Shown one piece after another: positions 51,714 to 62,900 of a DNA stretch of 64,000 nt. Origin of the DNA: Picochlorum sp. SENEW3. Lineage: Eukaryota. A program made the translations under genes and the position numbers. How positions within the stretch are numbered: position 1 is the stretch's first letter; each line of letters starts with the position of its first letter. The notes beneath the pieces are model-generated. The model made no database searches. It had not been told where the DNA came from and worked only from the letters and a program-made list of their open reading frames with translations. Location: assembly GCA_034226945.1 (NCBI GenBank), contig CP120455.1:992001-1056000 (forward strand), written 5' to 3'.

Positions 51714-54700
51714 TTAGACAATATCTGAAAATGGCATGTATGGTCCTGCAGCCAAAATTCGAGGACTCTCTGGCGTACCATGGTCAGGGATTGCTCTGTG
51801 CTTTACGCTAGAGTAATGCTGGCTAGCTTTGATTGAATGATTTGGATATGTTGGTGTCTTTTCTGCTGATACAGGTGAAGGGGAAAAGTCACCAATGTCC
51901 AAGAGTTCTGTGTCCAAATCAATAGACTCATCATTCTCTAGGTCTGAGATGGAAAACTCAGAAAATGAGAGAGATTCTGCTGCTGTGGATCCTTCGGACG
52001 CTTCTTTCGTTGAAAGGAGGTACTGAAGAGGTTCCAGTACGTGCAGCTCGCGCTTTGGAGGTGTCAGTGCATGGCCTGGCGACATGCTACTTTGTTGCAG
52101 TGCATGTCGGACCTTCACTGATAATTCTTGCCTTTTTTGTTCGAATGCTTCCGAGATACTGTCCAGATCGAAATTAGATGCGAATGTATTCTTCTCATAT
52201 GAGACTCGTTCGTGTGAGTTTTTCTCCACAACATGTTCGATGCTGTTGTCGGCATCCACTTCGGTTGCAGTGTCCTCAAGCATGGCTCCTAGAGTCTCTT
52301 GAAGTTCCTCATCAACATTTTCCCAGTATGATTGACGATAAAGATCGTATGCAATTTTCTTCTGAAGAATGCAGTGCTCAAGTTTCTTACGGATGCGAAT
52401 TTGTTCCGCAGAATGGTCCCTCCATGCTTTGAATGCCACACCAAGCCTTCTTCTGAATGACTCTTCCATCATCTCGACCATTGCCATTCGCCTCTCCTTT
52501 CTCTCAAACGCCGCAATTCGCCAAGAGAAGAATGACTGTTTCATGAGCTTGAAAGATAAACGGTCCACAGCATGGAGCACCACGAGACTGTTTCTAGTTT
52601 GAACTTGTGTTTCATACCTCCATGCAATAAAGACGTCTGTGATACACTGCGATGCTCGCTTTTGTACAATCATCCTGAAACTCTTCTGGCGTTTGAATGC
52701 ATCGTAAGAAGCCTGATGATTCCAGGAGGAAAACGCAATCCGTTTCGTTGCTTGCAACTGCTGCTGGCGTCGTTGATCAAAGGCTGCGACGCCACTCTGG
52801 ATGTTCTTCAATCGGCATCTCCAGGCAGTAAATGCCTCTTTCAATTCATGTCGCCTGTTTCGTTTCATATAGATCACTTCCATTCTATTGAGGTATATGG
52901 ATTTTCCTGCCGCATCCTCAGATACTTGACGCCAGTGCTGGAACGCTTGGCGGGAGCGCACCTCGGACAACTTCAAAATAGCTCTATGCAGTTGAAGAAT
53001 ACGTGCTGACGAGTCATCGCACTTATTCTTCCAAGACGTGAAAGCTGCCCTTTGTAGTCTCTCAGCATAACCGTCCATGATTTGATAGGCACTTTGTGCC
53101 AATGACTTGTTGTATGCCGCCAGACTTTTCCAGAATGTAAACAGTCGAGCCCTCATCTCCACAGTCTTCCGTTCAAACAAGACATCACAGGTATACGACA
53201 CGTCCTTCATGATCTCTGTATGGGACTTCCAACCCTTTACGACTCTATTCATAGTTTTCATTACTCTCCAGGCATCGGCCTTTTGTTCCTGCAAGCGATC
53301 TGAAATTTGACTCCGAGACACTTGGAGCCAAACACCAAAAGCCCATTGAGCCCTTGATTCATCAACACGTGCCTTTCCGGTCAGGGCAACATTGTTGAGA
53401 TACTTTTCCATCGACGTGTGCCTTCTCCAAGATACAAACACTTGATTTATCGAGTGCCACTCTTTTCGAAGCTTGAAATTGTGGCAATTTGCATTTCTGC
53501 CAGATGTTTCTTCAACCTCAAACATCCATGATTGCCATACAGCTCTCTTCAATTTTTGATCCATCTGACACTTGATATTCTCAAGACATGCTTTAAATCT
53601 ATTGTGATTCTCAACAGCGGTACCAAGTGCCCAGAATGCCCGAGCGCAGAGCCTACCAGAGTGCCAATGTGCAGCCTTGACATGCAATGCATGCTCCCTC
53701 ATATTTTCCTTTGCATTATTGCGGAGCACATCAAACGCACTCCTCATACGCTTCTTAGACCATACATCAGTATAGTTGATCAAATTCATAAAAGTGCGAT
53801 TCGATTTCTGATTGGTCGCCCTCCACGCTGCAAACGCATCCTTCACCTGTTTGCGTTCTCGGCGCTGCACACAAAGTCCTACAAGTTTCCTATGCATCTT
53901 GCCTTCATGGGCCAGGGATCGCCACCATGCTAGCGCATCATATTTGATGAGTTGATCTCTCTTCTTTTGAGCAGCATCAATGTGCAGTCGAGCGCGGGTC
54001 TTGTACGCTGCGTGCTCCTTCCAGAACCACAATGCCTTTTCCATGCACCGTTCTGCTCTCGATTGCACAAACTCGATGAGCTTCCTACGACGCTGGCATT
54101 TGAAAGCCGTTCTATTCCTCCAAAGTTTACACGAATGATGCAGAAGTTCTTGCATGCGACGGTGTTCCAAATCCGCAACATGGCTTTCAATGACAGCAAC
54201 CTGTGCCAATCTCTCTTTCCATGCAGCAAACACTCTCCTTCTCGTCCAAGCAACATCGAAATTGACAGATCTTTCATACTCAATCTTCTCAGCATGCACA
54301 TCGTCAACAGTTACCCTCCAAATTCGCAATATATCAGCTTGCTGCTGACGTCTCTGTCGCATACTGACTCTATGCTCCAGGCATGCAGCCTGGATTTTGA
54401 TCTCCACTGTCCTGTTTCTCCATGCTCTAAAGACAGATGCACTTAGATTTTCCTCATACCGCATACCAGCAAATACAAGAATCCTTTGGGCTTCTCGACT
54501 TCGCGCACTCCTCTTTTTCCATGCAGAGAATACCCTCTTTGCTAGTTGCGATTGTGCAATCAAAGTTGCATCATTGTTCAAGCTTTCCTCTGCCCTTGCT
54601 TTATCCCGCGATTCCTCACTCACTCGCCTCCATTCCACAAAAGCATTCTGCATCCTCAAAACCGACATTCGCCGAACTCCCACCCTCAATTTCCTACGCC

Positions 54701-55724
54701 TCTCAGCCTTTTCCACAACCCGCTCACCCCATGCATCAAGAACCCTCAATGCCATCCTGACTTGGTTTCTCCGTCTCATTTTCAACACGACAGTGTCACA
54801 GTATTTCGACCTGGCTGCCAGCATCTTCCATGCAATGAGAACACGACGGCCCAAAATGGTAGCCTTTTTTGTCTCCAGCAGAGCAGCTCCCCACTGAATC
54901 CTAGTAGTAAGACGCGCATGCACATCCGCCAACGCTTCATTCTTATCATTTAACGCCTCCAGAAGCAGTTCAATTTCCTCTTGAACATCCTTCCGAGCAC
55001 ACTGAACCTGCTGCGCTGCCCACTGACGAAGGCCTTCAACATCCTCAACAGCCTTTTCCACCCGAGCTTCGAGTACCATTCTCCTTTGCTTTTCCTTCTC
55101 AACAAACCGAATCCATTCTTGAACCATCATACCTGACATGGTTTGAATCGATCCAGTTTCCAAGCTACTCGTCAGATGGCCCTTGTGTACCAGACTACTA
55201 CCAGACGTATACTCCACCACACCAAGTCGATGCATCTGCACCCTCATCTCACAATGAGTCAATTTCCTATTCTGCAATGTCACCACCGTGGAATTCCAGT
55301 GGATCCTATCCAGCGCACTTCCCTCTACAACGTTCCATTGCTCATAAATCCCAAAACGAGGACTATAAAACGCAATCTTATGCATTCCCTTTTTCTTTGC
55401 CTGAAGCATGGCATTATTGGCAACCATGCTCCGAAACCCGACCCACTCTCCATGCCGAACAATCTCCAAGTGCACCGACACATCCTCTGGATCAGCATTC
55501 TCACACGGAGCAAGGGTATACAAGTCCCCACAACCACTGGAAGATTCAGACGATGCAATTGGAATCTGCACCGCCGCAAGGTATACTCCCTTCACTTTAA
55601 ACGCCACCACATCTCCCGAGTTCAACCCAGCCCTCGCCAACGTACTCTTCACAAATGATCGGCCCATCCGGGTCTCCTCACCACCGCCATACTGGCGCCG
55701 GTCGTGCTGTTCCGCCATACTCAT
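51714..55724 (-). CDS. SFI1: SFI1-like centrin-binding repeat protein (start uncertain, may extend to ~55820)
   Basis: Many F..W[RK] repeats (RVFSAWK, AFVEWR, AFAAWR, AFQHWR, AFKAWR) after a coiled coil. Confidence 0.7.
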   Translation of the reverse strand: MSMAEQHDRRQYGGGEETRMGRSFVKSTLARAGLNSGDVVAFKVKGVYLAAVQIPIASSESSSGCGDLYTLAPCENADPEDVSVHLEIVRHGEWVGFRSMVANNAMLQAKKKGMHKIAFYSPRFGIYEQWNVVEGSALDRIHWNSTVVTLQNRKLTHCEMRVQMHRLGVVEYTSGSSLVHKGHLTSSLETGSIQTMSGMMVQEWIRFVEKEKQRRMVLEARVEKAVEDVEGLRQWAAQQVQCARKDVQEEIELLLEALNDKNEALADVHARLTTRIQWGAALLETKKATILGRRVLIAWKMLAARSKYCDTVVLKMRRRNQVRMALRVLDAWGERVVEKAERRRKLRVGVRRMSVLRMQNAFVEWRRVSEESRDKARAEESLNNDATLIAQSQLAKRVFSAWKKRSARSREAQRILVFAGMRYEENLSASVFRAWRNRTVEIKIQAACLEHRVSMRQRRQQQADILRIWRVTVDDVHAEKIEYERSVNFDVAWTRRRVFAAWKERLAQVAVIESHVADLEHRRMQELLHHSCKLWRNRTAFKCQRRRKLIEFVQSRAERCMEKALWFWKEHAAYKTRARLHIDAAQKKRDQLIKYDALAWWRSLAHEGKMHRKLVGLCVQRRERKQVKDAFAAWRATNQKSNRTFMNLINYTDVWSKKRMRSAFDVLRNNAKENMREHALHVKAAHWHSGRLCARAFWALGTAVENHNRFKACLENIKCQMDQKLKRAVWQSWMFEVEETSGRNANCHNFKLRKEWHSINQVFVSWRRHTSMEKYLNNVALTGKARVDESRAQWAFGVWLQVSRSQISDRLQEQKADAWRVMKTMNRVVKGWKSHTEIMKDVSYTCDVLFERKTVEMRARLFTFWKSLAAYNKSLAQSAYQIMDGYAERLQRAAFTSWKNKCDDSSARILQLHRAILKLSEVRSRQAFQHWRQVSEDAAGKSIYLNRMEVIYMKRNRRHELKEAFTAWRCRLKNIQSGVAAFDQRRQQQLQATKRIAFSSWNHQASYDAFKRQKSFRMIVQKRASQCITDVFIAWRYETQVQTRNSLVVLHAVDRLSFKLMKQSFFSWRIAAFERKERRMAMVEMMEESFRRRLGVAFKAWRDHSAEQIRIRKKLEHCILQKKIAYDLYRQSYWENVDEELQETLGAMLEDTATEVDADNSIEHVVEKNSHERVSYEKNTFASNFDLDSISEAFEQKRQELSVKVRHALQQSSMSPGHALTPPKRELHVLEPLQYLLSTKEASEGSTAAESLSFSEFSISDLENDESIDLDTELLDIGDFSPSPVSAEKTPTYPNHSIKASQHYSSVKHRAIPDHGTPESPRILAAGPYMPFSDIV

Positions 55725-56277
55725 TTTTCCCACAGAGATACACTGAGCACGATCACAAAGCCCTGTAAAATAAACAGTGGTACATGACATACCGAAGCAC
55801 CCGAAGAAACACCCCAACAAAACTCAGTTCAGCCGAGGTCGTTACACGGTCGTTGGAATTGTTGACAATCATCCCACAAGACTGTTTCAACTCGCACTAT
55901 ACGGGCATACACACGCACCAAAAGTCTAAAAAAGATATATAAATTGTATCCTATACCAAAAGCAGCAAGACACTCGTTTTCAGAGTCGCACGGTGAAAGT
56001 CACGAACGACAACGCCCTACTGGCCATCTCTGCTAGAGCATATTCACCATGCTGAAGGAACCCAATGCCATATAGTAAGATATACTCTGCTCTGAAATTC
56101 ATACTGCATTGCTATGAAGATCAAACGTGACACGGCGGAGTGCCTGAAGCCATGACGTGTCCGTAAATCGATACATAAAAATCACACACCCAGCCCATTT
56201 GTCCTTTTGTTCCCAAGGCGGTAGATTGAATGGGCAGAATTTATACTAGAGAATTTTGCATTCAAAATTGTAATAGC

Positions 56278-58041
56278 ATGGCGACGCTTCGGAAATTGCA
56301 AGCGGAGATTGAAAAAACGCTCAAAAAAGTCGCGGAGGGTTTGGAGGAATACGATGACATTTTTGAGCAGTTGACGACGACAGAGAATTCAAATGCAAGG
56401 GATAAATATGAGTCTAATTTGAAGAGCGAGTTGAAACGGTTGCAAAAGTATCGAGAGCAAATCAAATCATGGATTGGGAATAATGATGTCAAGGAGAAGG
56501 ATGATTTGCTGATGGCTCGTCGGGATATTGAACGTCGAATGGAACGGTATAAAGCATTTGAAAAAGAGGCCAAGACAAAGGCTTACAGTAAGGAGGGTTT
56601 GCAGGCAGCAGCGGCCAAGTCGGATCCCAAAGAACGGGCCAAACAGGAGGCAAGGGAGTGGTTGAATGGTACAGTTGAAACTATGTCGACTCGAATTGAT
56701 GAAATAGAAGTTGAGATAGAGGACATTCATGGTGGTAAGTCGAAGAAGAAGAGCAAGTCTTCGCCCCGTGTGACACTGCTCGAAGACACTATGGAAAGGC
56801 ATCAGTTGCACGTTGCGAGGTTGGAGCAGATGCTTCGGTTGTTGGATAATGATGTGATTCAGGTGGAGGATGTGGAGGATATTCAAGAGTTGGTGGATGA
56901 TTATTTGGAGAGATGTGAGGAGAGTCCTGAAGAGTTTGTCAACCCAGATGATATATATCTTGAGATGCTTGATATTCTAGAGGCGCATCAGGATTTGGGG
57001 GTTGTATCTGGTCCAAAAGAGAAGAGTTGGAAGGAGAAAGAGAAGGAAAAGGAGAGAGAGAGGGAGGAGAAGGAGAGGGAAAAACAAAAGGCAGCTGCAG
57101 CTGCTGCCAAGGCATTGCTGGCTGCGCAGGGGAATTTGAGACTGGTGAATGATGACAAGCCTGCTGTGACTCCATCAAAGGTGGCTCCTGTGGCGGCAGC
57201 AGCAGCAGTAGCACCGGTTGCAGCAGCAGCACCGGTTGCGGCAGCAGCACCGGTTGCGGCAGCAGCACCGGCTGTGCCACCTCCACCTCCACCACCTCCG
57301 CCTCCTGCTGGAAGTAAGAAGGAACCAGAGTCGCCCATGTCTGGGTCTGGGGCACTATCAGCACCTGGAACACCAGTGCATGCATTTGCAGCGGTTGCGG
57401 GTGCTGCTGCTGGAGCTGGTGTGAAATCGACGGACTCATTTCCTGCTCTCGGTGTGCCATCTGAGCGAGATGTCAAGAGCCCCAAAGCAGCAGACTTTAA
57501 TGAGCAGCCTGCTTTTGATAGCTCAAAACTGGAAAAAGGATTGAATAAGGTGATGGATTTGATGGAGAATATGAGGATTAAAGACTCTAAAGTGGAGTTG
57601 TCGTTGCCTCAGAAACTCCAAATGCTCCAGATTTCAGCACCACGATCAATCCCTCAAGTCAGTGATTCAAGGTGGACCTTACCATCACAAAGACCTGTGC
57701 CATCTCCAGTGCCTCCCCCTCCGTCGTATCCCAGTCAGAAGCTCCCTATTTATGAGGCTCCAGCGTTGTTTGACAAATTAGATACCGAAACATTGATGTA
57801 TGCATTCTACTTCCAGCCAGCATCAATGCAGCAGTTGTTAGCAGCGCGGTCGCTGAAGAATAAATCATGGCACTTCAATGAAAACAGCCAGCGCTGGTAC
57901 ACATCAGCAGATGTTAACCCATCCGTTGCATCCCTCCCAAAGCATCGTGGGGATGGAAGCGCCAGCAACCAGCAGAATATTTATTTCGATCCCATGGTCC
58001 AACCAAACAGAGAGGGATGGGCATTCAAATATGGATCATAA
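56278..58041 (+). CDS. CNOT3: CCR4-NOT subunit NOT3/NOT5
   Basis: RKLQAEIEKTLKKVAEG, KYES.LK.E.K.LQ.YREQIK.W, E.KTKAYSKEGL; NOT-box LF.KLDTETL.YAFYFQP...QQ.LAA..LK.KSW. Confidence 0.93.
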   Translation: MATLRKLQAEIEKTLKKVAEGLEEYDDIFEQLTTTENSNARDKYESNLKSELKRLQKYREQIKSWIGNNDVKEKDDLLMARRDIERRMERYKAFEKEAKTKAYSKEGLQAAAAKSDPKERAKQEAREWLNGTVETMSTRIDEIEVEIEDIHGGKSKKKSKSSPRVTLLEDTMERHQLHVARLEQMLRLLDNDVIQVEDVEDIQELVDDYLERCEESPEEFVNPDDIYLEMLDILEAHQDLGVVSGPKEKSWKEKEKEKEREREEKEREKQKAAAAAAKALLAAQGNLRLVNDDKPAVTPSKVAPVAAAAAVAPVAAAAPVAAAAPVAAAAPAVPPPPPPPPPPAGSKKEPESPMSGSGALSAPGTPVHAFAAVAGAAAGAGVKSTDSFPALGVPSERDVKSPKAADFNEQPAFDSSKLEKGLNKVMDLMENMRIKDSKVELSLPQKLQMLQISAPRSIPQVSDSRWTLPSQRPVPSPVPPPPSYPSQKLPIYEAPALFDKLDTETLMYAFYFQPASMQQLLAARSLKNKSWHFNENSQRWYTSADVNPSVASLPKHRGDGSASNQQNIYFDPMVQPNREGWAFKYGS

Positions 58042-58111
58042 ACTCTTGTCTTTTTCTGTGTACTTGTAATATGATTGCCGTGGCATAGAAATCTCCCATT
58101 CTCTTCAACCC

Positions 58112-59136
58112 ATGACAAAAATTGGATTCATCGCTGACTGCCAATATGGCGACCTGGTGCGACGATATGCCACATGTGTCGCCATCTATCAACATATAAT
58201 CATATAATGCATATTCTGCAGGACGATCAGCATCAGGAAGGAAGGGTCCAGAGATTTCGACAGGTCCCTGACAAACTGAAAAGGGCCCTCGAGGCCCTGT
58301 CGGATTGCGACTTTGTGGTGCACTTGGGCGATATTATCCAGAGTCACACGTCGAAAGAGGTAACTGAGGATGAATTCAACCTCATTTGCTCGATATTTGA
58401 GGAACATGCGCCCCACATGGAACGTGTACATGTCTTGGGCAACCATTGTATACAAACTCTTGGGAGGGAGACTGTCATGGAAAGGTTGAGAATCCCAGAA
58501 CCTGGATACTACACGCGAGATATTGCGGCTAATTGGAAATTCGTAGTTCTAGATACGACAGAAATGAGTGGTCACAGTCAGTTTCCAGATGACTCGGATC
58601 AGGTTCTGGAAGCCAATGCATACTGGGAAGAGCATCCCCTGTCACCTTTTGATGCCCACATGGTGTCATGGAATGGTGGCATCACGGCTAGGCAGCGAGA
58701 ATGGCTTGAGAATGAATTAGAATGTGCCCAATCATCGGGTACATGCGTGATTATTGTTGCTCACCATCAGGTCTGTCCTGGAGCAGCCAGAATGACACAT
58801 TTGGCCTGGAATCATGGGGAGATTTTGGAAACGATTACCAAGTACAGTGCCGTGAAATTGTTTTTGGCTGGACACGATCATATAGGAGGAGGAAACGCGT
58901 TATGTTTACGGGCCAAGGCCAGGAACCTGCAGTACTTTGTGACTGTCCCAGCCATCCTAGAAGCCCCAGAGGGTTCCAATGCCCATGTTGCAATTGATTT
59001 GGACATGTTCCATGAGCAGGGCTGTACTATACAAAAGCCTTCGTCCGCCGATGATGATGGTACAATGCCCATCATACCATTCGGGGCGAGATGCCATCAC
59101 ATCATGGAGCACTTGGGTGACTTGAGCACATCCTGA
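58112..59136 (+). CDS. ADPRM: Mn-dependent ADP-ribose/CDP-alcohol diphosphatase-like metallophosphoesterase; exons 58112-58156 and 58222-59136
   Basis: IGFIADCQYGD, VVHLGDII, HVLGNHC, WNGGI...Q..WL, AHH, AWN, FLAGHDH.GG, PAILE. Confidence 0.85.
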
Positions 59137-59913
59137 GCAGGCGGAGAGAATCTCTCAAAATGGCCTGGGCCATCAATCGTGCTGGGCAATCGGCGATTGA
59201 TCGAAAAATGTTCACCCTCTCAAAATCTGTTACTATTGCAAAATAAATATTATATTAGGTAAGAATTGACATAAATGAAGTCGACGATTCATGTCGAGGC
59301 GTGTATTTGGGTTTAGACGCGTCGCTTTCAATCAAATGCCTTCAATCTCTGAAAGGCGCTGTTGTGCCATTTGGGACTATGTAAACCATTAAAATGGTTT
59401 GATCATCTTTTTAAATAAAATTTTGATCGAGTTTATTGCATTTTCTTGGTGAGATGGAAGGGGTTATTGACGTTTGTGAAAGGCGTGCGAATGCCGGGCT
59501 GCCAAGTTGCGTACGGCAGTCTCAGGCAGAAATACGTTTCGGGGGAGGTGATGGGTTGATATATGTATCCTTTGGGGTGACAACAGGGCCATGACGTGGC
59601 AGGCTGTCGACCATCTGCTGACGGTCGCTATGGTAGGGTGAGGCGTGGGTGTTTTGTAGTGACCTTCGATCGGGGGATAGGGTTGACCGGGGATTGTTTG
59701 GGATGTCCATGTTTGAACTTGTGTGATTGACGACGCATGTGTGGTGCTGCAGAGACGATACCATCCTTTATGCGAATAGTTTGTGCTCGAAAACAGGGAA
59801 TGGAGCACCTGTATTCAGCCATAGTAGTGCACTGGTGATATCAAGAGGCCTGATTGATGTAGACTGGCCAGTGTTGCAGAGTAAAACCTGAAGATAGATT
59901 GATTTGTTCAGAG

Positions 59914-62900
59914 ATGTCGGGATCACAATCAAATGCGGAAATGGATGCCCTCATGGCATTGGGAGAACTTGCTCATGCGGCATCGTACGTGGATTATATA
60001 TATGATGATGATTGTGTCCTTGTGTTGTCAGTGCGTGACATTGTGTCTTGTTGTTGCAGTGGAGATCCTGGAGCTATTGACATGAGAGATCACGGTGTCG
60101 GAGATGCAGAGGTTCGGCCCCATGTTGATTTAATGGGTCGTGAGTTACAGAAATGGATCCAGTGCTGTCAGTGTGAGAAATGGAGAAAGGTTCCATATTC
60201 TGTCGATGCAGATCAGATTCCTGACAGTTGGACGTGTGCTGACAACGTGTGGGATCCCGTGCATAATTCTTGTGACATAGATCAAGAACTTAGTGACGAT
60301 AAGATTGACGAAATTCTCCAGGTGCAAGGAGAGCAGGAGCTTGCATATGCACAAGAACAAGCTCTGCTGCCCCCCAAGGCTCCAGAATATGCTGGGGCGT
60401 ACGATGATCCGTATGATGATGATTATTATGAAGATAGTGGTAAAAGAGGAGGAAAGAAAGGAAGATGGGGCCGAGGTAGAGGTCGTGGAGGAAGAGGGCG
60501 GACAAATGGGTCTGGGAGGCAGAAAGGAAGGCGTGAGGAGGCTGGCCGAGGTCGAGGAGGTAAGGTTCAAAGTGGTAGGATAGCACATGATGAGGCTGCG
60601 GAAGCTCTTTTAGGCATGGTGGGCGGTGAGCGAGATGCAGTGATGAGGAAATCAGGGGAGCGGTACTATCCTGGGCGCCTGGTGTGGGCAAAAGTAGAGG
60701 GACATGATTGGTGGCCTGGAAAGGTGGTTCGGCGAAGAGCTGTTCCTCGAGAAGTAGGATTACCCGAGGACGGACCCACAGCTTTCAGGTATCAGATTCC
60801 AGTTGTATTCTTCACACCAAAGGGGATTCCAGGGGAGACTGCATCACCCCAGACAGGTTTGGATGGAATAATTGAGGCCCTGAAGCCTTTATCTACTGAA
60901 GAAGCGGCAAATGAAGATGAAGCAGAGTATGCTTGGCTTGTGGCAGAAGCATTAAAACCATTCAAAGCTGGGGACACGTGTGGCTCTCCAGAGAACCCAC
61001 CAACTGATGAACTCTTGATACGGTGCATTGAAGCTGCAAATCGAGCCGCAGAAGTGCTGGAAAAGGTGAAAGAAGAAAATGGTGAGCAATATTATAGTAG
61101 CGATTCTGATGGCGGCTGGGGGCCCCAGGTGCATTCAAATACTATATCTTATCGCGGAAGGCGTGGGGGCCGAGGAGGCAGGGGTAGAAAAGGTCGATCC
61201 ACCAGGCGAGGCAGGGGCAGAGGGAGATGGGGAAGAATGGATGAGGATATGGGGTCTGATGAAGATTATGAGCCAGGTTACGTAGGAGGCTCAGTGGATT
61301 ATGGATCTGGCGCACCTAAAATAATTGTTGAATCTATTTTGGGGTGGAGATGGAGAGAGCCATTGTCAACAATGAAGGATCCCAAGAAGACAGAGGAAGA
61401 CGTTGCTATGGAATCAGCTGTAGATGCATTGCTTGCTGCAGCTGATGATGGAAATGATAAGAGCATGGAGTTTTTGGTGAAATATATTGGAAGGAGCCAT
61501 ATCCATGATGAATGGGTTGCAGAAGCTACTTTGATGCAAATTGCGAAAAGGAAGGTGCTGAATTTCAAAAAGCGTTATGGATGTGACCTTCCTGATGCTA
61601 CTCCAGTGTCATTGACAAATGAATCTTGGAGCATTCCAGAACGGTTTATTTCCCGACGTGCTGCACCTCATGGTCCAGGCTGGGAAATATTGGTAAAATG
61701 GACTAACCTAGGCATAGAAAATGCCACCTGGGAGTCTGAATCAGAATCATTCATGTCTCGCGCTGACTGTATTCAACTTACAAATGAATTGTGGATTAGG
61801 CAGGCTAATGCGTTGAGGCGCTCAACTCCAGAGTCCCAGAGTAGGTCTGAGGAATTATATGAACAATTCAGTGCAAATATAACGGATCTGAAAGAGTCTC
61901 CAGACTATACTGATTGGGAATTAATGCCTCACCAAGTGGAAGGCTTCAACTGGCTCAGACGACACTGGGCAACCAGAGAAAATTGCTTTTTTGCTGATGA
62001 TCAGGGTCTTGGAAAGACAGCTACAGTACTGTCTTTCATTCGATCATTAAGAAAAGACTTTGCATGCCATAAGCCAATCCTTATCATCGCACCCTCCTCT
62101 TCTCTGGCATTTTGGGAGGGTGAATTCCTCCAATGGCTGGGAAATGACATTGATACCGTAACATATTCTGGCTCAGCAGTAGCAAGGAATATTTTGTTAG
62201 ACCATGAACTGTGGCTATCTCCCTCAGCTTTGGATGGCAGGGTGGTACATAAAAAGACATTGAATGACAGGGTTCCTAAGTGTGATGTTGTTCTGACAAG
62301 CCATGAAGCATTTGCATCAGACTCGGTTGAGCTGTCTGCTATGAAGTGGGAACTCGTTGTATTTGATGAGCGACACCGCATTCAAAGTGCTGCATTGAAA
62401 GCTCACCAATTCATTAACGAGATTGACTCGGCACACAAAGTACTCCTCGGATGGCCATCACTGCCAAGCAATGTCCAGGAATTGATGGCCGAAGTTAGTT
62501 TCATCAAGTCTCAGTACCAGAACCTCGAGGATCTACCTGGAAATCTCGATGAAGAGGAAGAGAATGTGCAAATTAAGGCTCTAAAAGCAGAATTGGAGCC
62601 TGTGATGCTCCAACGGCCCAGATCTATAATTGGGGAAGTCATTGCACCTTCCTATGAAGTTAGAATACCTGTGAAGCTGAGAAAAGAACAGATAGAGTCG
62701 TATAAATCTGTCCTTACAAAATCATATGAAGTTTTAGGGGATCCTAAAGCTAGCAGGTTCTCTGGGTACAGAGCTGTTCAACTCAGAGGTGTTGTGAGTG
62801 ATCTTCGAGCTGTTTGCGCTCACCCTGGTATTGATAGTGGAGATTCTCTCGATGCCAATCGAATTCAACTCAAACATCAGGATGATCTTGATGAAGCTTT

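Noticed and set aside
57180..57310. 18-bp tandem repeat and poly-Pro tract
   Set aside because: Ordinary low-complexity linker (APVAAA)n of NOT3
59140..59910. Long G/T-rich non-coding stretch as a possible ncRNA gene
   Set aside because: No tRNA, snRNA or snoRNA hallmark recognised; best explained as promoter and 5' UTR with intron(s) of the CHD-like gene
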